From positions 96,001 to 160,000 of the forward strand of contig CAXXUO010000001.1 of NCBI GenBank assembly GCA_963666485.2: a stretch of 64,000 nucleotides of DNA, given 5' to 3'. The position numbers were made by a program, and so were the translations under genes. The stretch is from Syntrophorhabdaceae bacterium (GTDB taxonomy: Bacteria; Desulfobacterota; Syntrophorhabdia; Syntrophorhabdales; Syntrophorhabdaceae). Below, one piece after another: positions 40,313 to 50,051 of the stretch (within the stretch, counting starts at the first letter, position 1; each line of letters opens with the position of its first letter). Under the pieces are notes generated by a model, which saw only the letters and a list, made by a program, of their open reading frames with translations, did no database searches and had not been told where the DNA came from.

Positions 40313-41830
40313 ATGCGTAGACGCGTCTTGCTCATTCTCTGCGCATTATTTGTCCTCCTGGCAACCGGCTGCGCGATAGGCCCGGATTATAAACGGCCTG
40401 ATATGGATGTCCCCCAGGCCTTCCGGTTCGACGGGGAAGGTTCGCGCGAGGTTGCCGACAGCGAATGGTGGAAGCAATTCAATGACCCCGTCCTTGAAAA
40501 ACTTATCGTCGAGGCGCTCGCGAACAATAAGACCGTCAAGATAGCCGCGGCCAACGTCGATCGGGCGTCCGGCATCCTCATGTCGACCCGCTCGCTGTTC
40601 TTCCCGCAAATATATTATAGCGGGATCGGGCAGCGCGCCCTGCAATCCAAGAACACCGTCCAGATCGTTCCGGAAGATCCGTATAACACCTTTCAGGCAG
40701 CCGGCCAGGCAAGCTGGGAGATTGACCTCTGGGGGCGCATCCGCCGCCTGTCGGAATCGGCGAAGGCCAACCTGTACGCAACGATGGAGGCACGCCGCGG
40801 TATCGTCATGTCCCTGATAACAGAGGTCGCATCGTCATACATACAACTGAGGGCCCTTGACGAACAGCTCTACATTGCCAACGAGACATTGAAATCCTAC
40901 GGGGAGTCGGTCAGAATATTCGAATTGCAGAACAAGTACGGCCAGGTATCGGGCATGACCGTACAACAGGCCCGGTCGCAATATGAGACCGCCGCGGCCC
41001 AGATCCCGCAGATCGAGGTCCAGATCGCCAAGACCGAGAATGCCCTCTCCATCCTCCTCGGCCGGAACCCCGGACCGGTCGAACGGGGGTTGAAACTCTC
41101 CGAGCTCAAGATGCCCCCTATTCCCGCAGGATTGCCTTCAGACCTTCTCTCGAGGCGCCCTGATGTTCTCCAGGCGGAACAAAGCCTCATCGCGGCAAAT
41201 GCCCAGATGGGTGCGGCAAAGGCGCTGTTTTTCCCGACAATATCTTTAACGGGGGCCGCGGGATTTGCGAGCGAGGAACTATCCACACTCTGGCTTGGTC
41301 CCAGTAAGTTATGGAACTATGCAGGAAACGTCACCGGGCCCATCTTCACCGGGGGCAACATACTGGGCCAGTTCAGGCAGTCCCAGGCGAGCCGGGAGGC
41401 GGCGCTCTACTCGTATCAGCTGGCCGTGCAGTCCGCGTTCGCCGATACCGAGAACGCGCTTATATCGAGAAAAAAGATACTCGAACAGCTCGCAGCCGAA
41501 CAGCGCAAGGTCATAGCGTTCCGGGAATACGAAAGGATGGCTGAACTCCAGTATAATGCCGGCTATACAACGTATCTGACCGTCCTCAACGCACAGCAGG
41601 AGCTCTTCCCCGCCGAACTGCAGGCAGTGCAGACAAATGCGTCCTGTTACATAGCGGTCATAAACCTGTATAAGGCGCTCGGCGGTGGGTGGATCGCGAA
41701 AGGGGAAGCACTCACTGTCCCGAAGGATATGGCCAGCGCCGTTCAGACTGACGGCACGGGGGCAACGCCTGCGAATGAATCGAAAAAAGAGGCCGCACCG
41801 AAACCGGGTTCAGAAGCGGAAAAAAAGTAG
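40313..41830 (+). CDS. RND outer-membrane factor lipoprotein (NodT/OprM family)
   Basis: Lipobox ATGC, GPDYKRP, SWEIDLWGR, PAGLPSDLL.RRPD, LYKALGGGW. Confidence 0.94.
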   Translation: MRRRVLLILCALFVLLATGCAIGPDYKRPDMDVPQAFRFDGEGSREVADSEWWKQFNDPVLEKLIVEALANNKTVKIAAANVDRASGILMSTRSLFFPQIYYSGIGQRALQSKNTVQIVPEDPYNTFQAAGQASWEIDLWGRIRRLSESAKANLYATMEARRGIVMSLITEVASSYIQLRALDEQLYIANETLKSYGESVRIFELQNKYGQVSGMTVQQARSQYETAAAQIPQIEVQIAKTENALSILLGRNPGPVERGLKLSELKMPPIPAGLPSDLLSRRPDVLQAEQSLIAANAQMGAAKALFFPTISLTGAAGFASEELSTLWLGPSKLWNYAGNVTGPIFTGGNILGQFRQSQASREAALYSYQLAVQSAFADTENALISRKKILEQLAAEQRKVIAFREYERMAELQYNAGYTTYLTVLNAQQELFPAELQAVQTNASCYIAVINLYKALGGGWIAKGEALTVPKDMASAVQTDGTGATPANESKKEAAPKPGSEAEKK

Positions 41831-41848
41831 AGAAGAAAACGAGACGGT

Positions 41849-42538
41849 CTACCTTACAACGACCTGAAGGCCCCTGATATTCCCCCCGCCAAACTTGGCC
41901 ATGGTTTCCGCCGCAACGTTTAATCCATCTTCGAGACACGCCGGGTCTATGCCGGGCACGGCGAATGAATAGAAGAGAACGTTGCGGGTATCGTCCCTGA
42001 CCTTTGTCTTTTCGTCGGCCCCCTGGCACAGCACGCAGACGATATCTCTTTCATCGCGCAGGACGATCTCTCCTTCTTTCAATACAAAAAGGCGGCCTCC
42101 CATTCCGGCACATTCCTCGCCATGCCGTGCAACATCCAGTATAAGAGCGCCTTCGATCCGGTCAAAATCGGTGACCGCAACGAGGATGCCGGCGCACATC
42201 TCAGCCATGAAATGAGCATCGACCATGAGGTTGTACCGCGGGAAACCGCTGTTGACCGTTCGCTTGAGATGAGCGGGAAGGGGGCAATCAAAGTCAAAGC
42301 TGTGAAAGAATTTTTCGTAGATATCGATCCGACGAGAGATGCCGGCAAGCGTTTCGCGCTTTCTCATCTTTCGCAGGAGATTGCGCCTGTATTGATCAAA
42401 TTCTGCGTTATCGCTCAGCGGGCGGCAGTCTGAAATAAGCGTCAGTCCAAATGCCACGCCCGGGTACATGGCCCCGTATGCGGATGAGATAGAGAAATTT
42501 ACCCATGCGGCCGATTGATTTTCTTGCATAAGAATCAT
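41849..42538 (-). CDS. Stand-alone B3/B4 (PheT editing-like) domain protein
   Basis: PRYN.MVD, D.DRIEG.L.L...GE, GEIV.RD, TKV...TRNVL. Confidence 0.75.
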   Translation of the reverse strand: MILMQENQSAAWVNFSISSAYGAMYPGVAFGLTLISDCRPLSDNAEFDQYRRNLLRKMRKRETLAGISRRIDIYEKFFHSFDFDCPLPAHLKRTVNSGFPRYNLMVDAHFMAEMCAGILVAVTDFDRIEGALILDVARHGEECAGMGGRLFVLKEGEIVLRDERDIVCVLCQGADEKTKVRDDTRNVLFYSFAVPGIDPACLEDGLNVAAETMAKFGGGNIRGLQVVVR

Positions 42539-42577
42539 CCTCCTGGTGTCGCTGTAGTCTTAAGAAATCATTCTTCT

Positions 42578-42613
42578 AAAGACACTGGATTCCCGCTTTC
42601 GCGGGAATGACGG
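42578..42613. repeat. CGTC-type REP singlet
   Basis: aaagacactggattcccgctttcgcgggaatgacgg. Confidence 0.85.
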
Positions 42614-42626
42614 GCAGGGGGAAGAG

Positions 42627-42644
42627 GCCTTACGCCTTACGCCC
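42627..42644 (-). repeat. GGCGTAA heptamer repeat directly after the transporter stop
   Basis: Minus strand reads taa g ggcgtaa ggcgtaa ggc. Confidence 0.75.
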
Positions 42645-43445
42645 TTATCTCGACAGCCGCAGGATCCGCAGCGCTCCCCTGCTCAGCAATATGAAAACGA
42701 TCGTCCCAACCGCCAGGTCCGGTATCTTGGATCGGGTCAGATATACCAGGACACCCGCAATGATAACCCCGACATTGACAATGACATCCATGGATGTGAA
42801 CATCATGCTGGCCTGCATATGCGCCTCCTTGCTCTTCGAACGCTGGAGCAGGTACAGGCACAATACGTTGCCGGCGAGGGCAAAGATCGATACCCAGATC
42901 ATCGTCAGAAAATTGGGCGCCGGTTCGTGCCCGAGAAATCGCCGGATGACCTCGAGAAAACCGAGGACCGCGAGCACCGCCTGAAAATACCCCGCTATCC
43001 CTGCGATTCTTTTCTTGCGGGTGACCGAATCCCCGACTGCCAGGAGGGACAGGCTGTAGACGATGCTGTCGGCAAGCATGTCGAGGCCGTCTGCAACAAG
43101 CCCCATCGAACCCGCGATGAGGCCGGCGATCATCTCCGCTACGAAGAAGAACAGGTTGATGGCGAGCACCTGGCAAAGAACGCGGCGCTGCCGGGAGTGT
43201 TCATCGGCAGGCCCTATGTATTCGACAGCCTCGGATGAGATAAATGTCGTATCAAGCTTGAGGCCGTCGAGCGCATCGAGGATCCCGTTGTAATTGTCTG
43301 TATGGTATACCTGCAGCAGTCGTTCCGGTATATCAAAGACGAGATTCCTGATGCCGGGCAGTCCCTCAAGCCTTGAGCGGACCAACTGCTCCTCGGTCGG
43401 TCAATCCATCTTCGCTATTTTAAATGATGTCCTTATAATTGTCAT
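42645..43445 (-). CDS. CDF-type cation efflux transporter with an N-terminal HMA-like domain; in-frame TGA at codon 15 (43401-43403), candidate selenocysteine
   Basis: MTIIRTSFKIAKMD-[TGA]-PTEEQLVR is in frame with ORF 42645..43385; TM domain has ADGLDMLAD, H..AS..FTSMD and PD. Confidence 0.75.
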
Positions 43446-43458
43446 ATAGTCCGCTAAC

Positions 43459-44304
43459 CTATTTTTCGGCCTTGTCGAGGTCTTTACCAATGTCCCGGGT
43501 AAGGTCTGTCGTCAGGTAATCAAGCGTGACGGGAAGACCAACGTCGAGCCGCGGGATGTGCTGTATGCCTATACGGACCTTCTTTAGCGAACACTGCATC
43601 ACATGCCCCCCGCGCAGGCGGTCCTCGCTCAGGAAATGGACGTGGTATCCGGGTGCATTGAGTGATTCCATGAATGCAGGTGTGTAAAAGCCGGCAAGCG
43701 ATCCTCTGGCGTTGTGAACCTCAAAAACAGTCTGGTCCTTTGTCGCTTCTACGAGGGGCGTGTAGTTTTCCGATCTCGGGGCAGCCCTCAATTTCATATG
43801 TTCGAATTCACCATCAACCCGGATAGCGTAGAGCATATTCCTCGACGGGATCAGGTCGTCGAGGGTCTTTGCAAGGTCATGGGGGGCTGAATCCCCGATA
43901 TCATCAAAGGTGTCGGGGCTGAAAAAGGTCACGCAGGCAAACGGCGAATGCTGATCGTCAGATACCCCGTAAACGTTGCCGTCGGAGCGGACCTGGAACA
44001 CCCTGCCGTCGAGGACGACCATCTCGCCGTCGAGAAAATCGAACGTGCCGAGGCCGAAATCGCCATGCTGCCTGATCTCCCCGATCGTGGTATTTTCGAC
44101 ATAAAGGCCTTCGACAAGGGCATTGATCGGCGCGGAAAGGTAGACGGCATTGGTTCTTCCCGTGCTGACGAGAAATTGGCGCAGCGCCTGCTCCACCAGT
44201 TCCGAGGCGGATAGCCCTGTTCTCTCCATAGCCTCTGTAAGCTGCTTCAAGGTATCGTACGACAACAGGATCTCAAGTTCGGTCGCGTTTTCCTTGTCGG
44301 CCAT
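43459..44304 (-). CDS. Alpha-acetolactate decarboxylase family protein with an N-terminal ribbon-helix-helix-like extension
   Basis: HGDFGLGTF..LDGEM, PFACVT.F, GFYTP, GYHVHF.SEDR..GGH. Confidence 0.88.
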   Translation of the reverse strand: MADKENATELEILLSYDTLKQLTEAMERTGLSASELVEQALRQFLVSTGRTNAVYLSAPINALVEGLYVENTTIGEIRQHGDFGLGTFDFLDGEMVVLDGRVFQVRSDGNVYGVSDDQHSPFACVTFFSPDTFDDIGDSAPHDLAKTLDDLIPSRNMLYAIRVDGEFEHMKLRAAPRSENYTPLVEATKDQTVFEVHNARGSLAGFYTPAFMESLNAPGYHVHFLSEDRLRGGHVMQCSLKKVRIGIQHIPRLDVGLPVTLDYLTTDLTRDIGKDLDKAEK

Positions 44305-44334
44305 GCATGGTCAGATCGCCCGGGGGTCCTGGTT

Positions 44335-45678
44335 CTACGTGTCGGCTTGACCCTCTTTTGCCCGATGCGATCTTCTGCGCCTCCTTCTGCGTTTTTTCCG
44401 CACAGGGGGGCCGGCTGGTTCCGGGGCCTCCTCCGAAGCCGGGTTTTCTATAATGAAACTTTCCCACCACTGCAGGATACCGTCATACTCCCTGTGTGAT
44501 TGTGCGGTGATGCTCAAGTAAATAAGCGCTTCCGAAAACTCGGGCCTCCCGGCGATGGTTCTTGGACGTTTTACAGGGATCCTGCAAATACCGGACTTCA
44601 GTGTAAGAATGGCTGCAAGGCGCCCAGCCACCCGCCCGGGGATGTGAGCGGTTTGCGCAATTTCGGCAAGAAAGGCCGCGCATGACGCATCGAGTGCCTG
44701 GCGCAGCGGTATACCATCCTGGTGGCGCTCGAGCGCCTCTTTTTCGATAGACTCACCAAATAAAGCGGTTATAAGCAGGGCCGGTGAAACCGGCGCCCCG
44801 TTGCTGACAAGCTCGTCGATAGCACGTAGATTCATTTCAATGGTGTGAAAGAGTCCGGGGTCTGCATGGACCCTCACGCTTAATCCCGGAAAAAGTGCGG
44901 CCAGCAGACCGCTTTTTTCAAGGAGAAAAAATGTCGGCGACGCGAAACCCAGAAGAAAGAGTTTCTGTATCTCCTCGTAAAGCCGAGACGGGGACACCCG
45001 TGCTATGACCGGGGCAAGCTTCACGATAGTGTGCCAGGATTCGTCTTCTATTTCAAAACCGTGTGATGCCGCGAAGCGGACCGCACGGAGCATACGGACA
45101 GGGTCCTCGGTGAATCGCACGAAGGGGTCCCCGATGGAGCGAATGAGGCGTTCCTTGAGGTCTGCGAGCCCTGTGCTGAAATCAATGACGGACAGATCGG
45201 CAATATTATAAACGAGCGCATTGACCGTAAAATCGCGCCGGATGGCATCTTCTTCGGGCGTTCCAAAGATATTGTCCGCAAGCACCATACCGTGCTCATC
45301 TTTCGCATGTCGCACATGCCGGCGCCTTCCCTCTTCAACCTGAGGGATCTCTTCGATATCCGAAGCCTCTGCTGCACGGCGGAAAGTTGATACCTCTATG
45401 ATCTCATCCTGAAAACGGACATGGGCGAGCCTGAACCGTCTGCCGATCAGCCTGCAATTATGAAACAGCCGCTTTATCTGGCCAGGGGTCGCATTGGTCC
45501 CGATGTCAAAATCTTTTGGGGTGCGTCCCAACATGAGGTCGCGCACACACCCGCCGACAAGGTACGCGACAAAGCCCCGCGAATGAAGACGGTACAGGAT
45601 GCGCAGGGCATTCACACTGATATGCCGGCGAGAGATGCGATGCTCTTTTTTCGGGACTATTTTAGGTTTAGATTCCAT
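44335..45678 (-). CDS. pcnB: Poly(A) polymerase I
   Basis: [24 protein letters not shown] signature, [18 protein letters not shown], basic C-terminal tail. Confidence 0.92.
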   Translation of the reverse strand: MESKPKIVPKKEHRISRRHISVNALRILYRLHSRGFVAYLVGGCVRDLMLGRTPKDFDIGTNATPGQIKRLFHNCRLIGRRFRLAHVRFQDEIIEVSTFRRAAEASDIEEIPQVEEGRRRHVRHAKDEHGMVLADNIFGTPEEDAIRRDFTVNALVYNIADLSVIDFSTGLADLKERLIRSIGDPFVRFTEDPVRMLRAVRFAASHGFEIEDESWHTIVKLAPVIARVSPSRLYEEIQKLFLLGFASPTFFLLEKSGLLAALFPGLSVRVHADPGLFHTIEMNLRAIDELVSNGAPVSPALLITALFGESIEKEALERHQDGIPLRQALDASCAAFLAEIAQTAHIPGRVAGRLAAILTLKSGICRIPVKRPRTIAGRPEFSEALIYLSITAQSHREYDGILQWWESFIIENPASEEAPEPAGPPVRKKRRRRRRRSHRAKEGQADT

Positions 45679-45741
45679 AGTACAGGTAACGGTATTAGGT
45701 TATAGGTTATGGGGAAACGGCCAAAAAAGCAATATAATAGG

Positions 45742-45769
45742 CGATGGGCGATGGGCGATGGGCGATGGG
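45742..45769 (+). repeat. (CGATGGG)x4, inverted relative to the adjacent long array
   Basis: Read directly. Confidence 0.9.
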
Positions 45770-45801
45770 AAAACACATAAAAACCGCGAAATTGTCAGCA
45801 A

Positions 45802-45948
45802 CCTATCGCCTATCGCCTATCGCCTATCGCCTATTGCCTATCGCCTATCGCCTATCGCCTATTGCCTATCGCCTATCGCCTATCGCCTATTGCCTATCGC
45901 CTATTGCCTATTGCCTATTGCCTATTGCCTATTGCCTATTGCCTATTG
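45802..45948 (+). repeat. Tandem array of 21 heptamers CCTAT(C/T)G
   Basis: 147 bp = 21 x 7; 11 CCTATCG and 10 CCTATTG units. Confidence 0.97.
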
Positions 45949-45957
45949 CCCTAATTA

Positions 45958-45992
45958 AACAGGGTATCCATCCATCGGATAGATACCCTGTT
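45958..45992 (-). terminator. Hairpin terminating the bam operon
   Basis: aacagggtatc...gataccctgtt, followed on the minus strand by a short T-rich run. Confidence 0.75.
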
Positions 45993-46014
45993 GTCATCAC
46001 GTAATTGTTTCTTT

Positions 46015-46848
46015 CTACTCTGCTGCTTCCTTCGCCTTCTTTACCACCGCCCTCTGGTCGGGGGGAGGAGGAGGCGGGACGGCGCCCTCCATCTTCGATA
46101 TCGCCCGGAACTTCGGCGGGCAGACCTCGAAGCAGGTGCCGCACCGGATGCATTTGTCCTGATCGATGATGTGGATCTGCTGCTTTGCGCTGATGACTGC
46201 ATCAACGGGGCAGCGCCGTGCGCAGGTCGTACAGGCCTGGCATTTCTCGGGGTCGATCCAGTAGGAGAAGGGCTCGGTGAACTGCTTCGTCACTTCTTCG
46301 AGCGTAAAGTAGTTCTCGTGCCCGTCATGGCCCTCCAGGCGCCCTGCGAGCTTCTCGCGGTTCGCGATCTTGAGGTACGGGAGCTTCGCCTTGACGAAAT
46401 CAAGTTTCTTCTTGAGCTCTGCCGGTTCTATGCCTTCGGCCTTGCCCAGGGGGCCTATGCCTTTGATAGTCTTCACGAAGGCATTCACCGATTCCGTGAA
46501 GACGTTCGCCTCGGCGCCCGACATAAAGTTGATGCGCAGCCTCTCGGGGTTCACGCCGATGTATTCCAAGATGCGCTTCATGAGAAGCACCATGTTCTGT
46601 GCCTGGTAGTTGCCATGGGTGATGTAGTTGCACTCGCCCAGGTGGCATGCGCCCATGAAGACGCCGTCGATGCCGTTCTCGAACGCACGAATGATAAAAC
46701 CCATATCCACGCGCCCCGAACACATGACGCGGATGATCCTCATTTCTGTTGTATATTGCAGTCTGGACACGCCAGCCAGGTCAGCGGCTCCGTACGCTCA
46801 CCAGTTGCAGGCGAAGCCGAGGACTCTCGGTTTAAATTTTGTGCTCAT
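46015..46848 (-). CDS. bamF: BamF: MvhD-like [2Fe-2S] selenoprotein with a C-terminal 2[4Fe-4S] domain; Sec at codon 17 (TGA 46798-46800)
   Basis: MSTKFKPRVLGFACNW-U-AYGAADLAG matches MvhD CNWCSY.AADLAG; RVMCSGRV, CH.GEC.Y..GN; two CxxCxxCxxxCP motifs. Confidence 0.93.
46771..46788 (-). promoter_or_regulatory. Candidate SECIS of bamF
   Basis: GCCGCU-GACCU-GGC-U-GGC hairpin with a bulged U, starting 9 nt after the UGA. Confidence 0.6.
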
Positions 46849-46874
46849 TATGTCCGACCTCCTTTATAGACTTG

Positions 46875-49800
46875 CTACTCGGCCGCCGCGGCCGCATCTA
46901 TCAACTTCTCGATCTCGCCGTCAGGTACGACAACGTCGATCTCGCTCACCATTTCCTCATCTGTATAATGGCGCAGCTGGATGGCGCCTGTCGGGCACTT
47001 GGTGTTGCACAGGCCGTCACCTTTGCAGAGGACCGGATTGACGAACACTTTCCTGCCCGCCTTCGTATCCCTGACCTCGAGCGCCCCGTATGTGCAGATC
47101 TCGGCGCAGGCGCCGCAGCCCATACACTTCTTTTCGTCCACCGCGCAGACGGAACCCGATGCCACGACGATATCATTGGCGAGGAGGGTCAGCACCCTGC
47201 CTGCCGCGCCGTAGGACTGGTTGATCGTCTCCTGGATGAACTTCGGGTAATGTGCAAGGCCGCACAGGTACACGCCGTCGGTCGCAAACTCGACCGGGCG
47301 CAGTTTCACGTGGGCTTCCTTGAAGAAACCGTCGGGGGAGAGCGTCACCTTGAACTGGTTCGCCACTTCCTTTGTAGCCGCGGAGGGAATGACGGCGGCT
47401 GCGAGTGCTATGATGTCCGCGTCGAGTTCGAGCTTCTTGCCGAGGATATAGTCGATAACCGTCACTTTCAGGACGTCGCGCTTGTCTTCGGACTTGCCCG
47501 GTTCGATCTCGGGCGGGTTCTCGGGTTCGTAGCGGATGAACTTCACGCCCTTGTCCGCTGCCAGCCTGTAGTAGTCTTCATTGAACCCGTAGGTGCGGAC
47601 ATCCCTGAAGAGCATGTAGATGTCCATGTCGGGGTTCTTTTCCTTGAGAAGGAGCGCGTTCTTGATCGATTCGGAACAGCATATCCTCGAGCAGTAGTTG
47701 CGTTCCTCGTTCCTGCAGCCGACGCACTGGATCATGACGAGTCCTTTCGCGCCGACGACGGCCTCATCCTCTGCCACGATCTTCTCCTCGAGTTCGAGGT
47801 GCGTGAGCACCCGCGGGTCCTGCCCGTAGAGGTATTCGGTCGGGGTGTACATGTCGACGCCGATCGCAATGACCGATGCGCCGTGTTTTATAACTGTCTC
47901 CCCCCTGTCGGACTTGATAGTGGTTACGAAGTTGCCAACGTAGCCGGTCGCATCCGTGATCTGCGCATTGTGATAGACGTGAATGAGGGGGTTCTTGTAG
48001 ATCTTCGATTTAAGGTCTTTCAGGTATTCCTGGACGTCGAGGCCCTGGAGGGTCGTGTGGATCTTGCGGGCGATGCCGCCGAGCTCTTTGTCTCTCTCGA
48101 CGAGGAAAACCTCGTGGCCCTGGTTCGCTATGGACATCGCTGCGTTCATACCGGCGATGCCGCCGCCGACAACGAGGGCACGCTTGTCGACGGGGAGGTC
48201 GAATTCCTGGAGGGGCTCGAGCTTGCAGGCCCGTGCAACGGACATCCTGATGATGTCATGGGCCTTCTCCGTCGCCTCTTCCTTTTCCTTCTGGTGGACC
48301 CAGGAGTTGTGCTCCCGTATGTTCGCCATTTCGTAATAGTACTGGTTGATGCCTGCCTCGCGCAGGGTGTCGCGGAAGAGGGGCTCCAGGGTTCTCGGGG
48401 AGCATGCCGCAACGACAACGCGGTTCAAGCCTTCTTCTTTAATCTTGTCCGTTATCTCACGGGCGGAGTTCGTCGCGCAGGAGAAGAGCTGTTCCTGGGA
48501 ATAGACGACGTTGGGGAGTGTCTTGCAATATTCCACCGTGCCCGGGACGTTGACGATACGGCCGATGTTCGCGCCGCAGTGGCAGACGAAGACGCCGACC
48601 CGCGGTTCTTCCTGGGAGACGTCCTTCTCTTCAGGATATATTCTCTCCTTCGAGAGGTTGCCGCGACGGTACTGCAGCATCTCGCCGATCTGGCTTCCCG
48701 CGCCGGAGGCACTGAAGACCGATTCCGGGATGTCGATGGGGCCCTGCAGGGCGCCTGAGACGAAGATGCCCTTGCGGTTCGTCAGCATGGGGTTTCTCGG
48801 GTCGATGTTGCAGAAGTTGTGCGACTCGAGTTCGATACCGAACTTCTTCGCGATGTCTTCCACTTCCTTCGGGGGATTCATGCCGATCGAGAGGACGACC
48901 ATGTCGAACTCTTCCTCGATGACCCCTTCCTCGGGCGTTGAGTATCTGATTGTCACGTTGTGCGTGACCGGGTCTTCTTTCACTATGGAGGGATAGCTCC
49001 TGAAGAAGCGTATGCCGGGCAGTGCCTCGGTCCTCTCGTAGTAGCGCTCGAAGTCCTTGCCGTACGCGCGCACGTCGTTGTGGAAGATCGTGCATTTCGC
49101 GTCCGCGTCGTGGTCCTTCGTCAGGATGACCTGCTTCTGGGTGTACGTACAGCACACCGCCGAGCAGTAAGAGTTGCCGCCCTCAATCACCTGGCGGGAG
49201 CCGATGCACTGGATCCACGCGACATTGTGCGGGTGCTTGAGGTCCGACTTCCGGAGTATCTCGCCACCGTAGGGGCCGGTGGAGCACAGGAGCCTTTCGT
49301 AGTCCATGCTGGTGACGACGTTCTGGAAGTCACCGTAGTGGTACTCCTCACGGACCTTCGGGTCAAAGGGCTCAAAGCCGGGGGCGAGGATGATCGCGCC
49401 GACGTTGATCTCTTTCTTCTCGGGCTTCTGGTTGAGATCGATCGCGTTCTGCTTGCAGACCGCTTCGCATATCTTGCATTTCTTCTCTTTGAGGTAGAGG
49501 CAGCTCTCGTCTATGTAGGTGATGAGCGGGATGGCCTGTGCAAAGTAGACGTGGACCGCCTTGTTGAGCGATATGTCCTGGTTGTACTGGTCCGGGTACT
49601 TCACCGGGCAGTACTCCACGCATACCGTGCAGCCCGTACACAGGTCTTCCTTGATGTAGCGGGGCTTCCTCAGTAATGTTACGTTAAAATCTCCTGCATC
49701 TCCCTCTACGTGATCAACTTCCGTATAGGTGAGAACTTCGATGTTGGGGTGCCGGCCGACCTCGACCAGCTTCGGTGCGAGAATTCACATCGAGCAGTCG

Positions 49801-50015
49801 TTCGTCGGGAAGGTCTTGTCGAGCTGGGCCATGTGCCCGCCGATCGAAGGCGCCTTCTCGACGAGGTAGACCTTGAACCCCGCGGTCGCCAGGTCAAGGG
49901 AGGCCTGGATACCGCTTATGCCGCCGCCGACGACCAGGACATCGCCAAAGTCGCCGGTGGGACCTGTCTTGCACAGGTTCTTAATATTCTCGTTGAGCGA
50001 TATTACGTTTTCCAC
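46875..50015 (-). CDS. bamE: BamE: HdrA-like electron-bifurcating flavo/FeS subunit, about 1046 aa; Sec at codon 77 (TGA 49785-49787)
   Basis: ORFs 49785..50015 and 46875..49619 share a frame and join as [27 protein letters not shown]...[12 protein letters not shown]; two GGGI.G FAD motifs; QC.G.R...CS..CC motifs. Confidence 0.93.
49751..49770 (-). promoter_or_regulatory. Candidate SECIS of bamE
   Basis: 8-bp stem GCUGGUCG/CGGCCGGC (2 G-U pairs) with an AGGU loop, 14 nt after the UGA. Confidence 0.7.
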
Positions 50016-50051
50016 TGTGTATCACCTCATCGTGGTTTGTCTTATATATCG

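Noticed and set aside
45802..45948. Possible CRISPR array
   Set aside because: Contiguous 7-bp units with no spacers and no cas genes.
45599..46004. ORFs encoding (LSPIAYR/C)n repeats
   Set aside because: They are translations of the heptamer array, with no RBS or protein-like composition.
46839..48758. Long antisense ORFs (639 aa here; also 6773-8089, 4831-6147, 38965-40335, 17567-18625, 49710-50804)
   Set aside because: Shadow frames opposite well-supported genes, expected from GC-biased codon usage; no recognisable motifs.
49785..50015. 76-aa HdrA fragment as a separate gene or pseudogene
   Set aside because: It is in frame with the downstream ORF, the TGA is at a conserved Cys, and a SECIS-like hairpin follows, so Sec readthrough explains it better.
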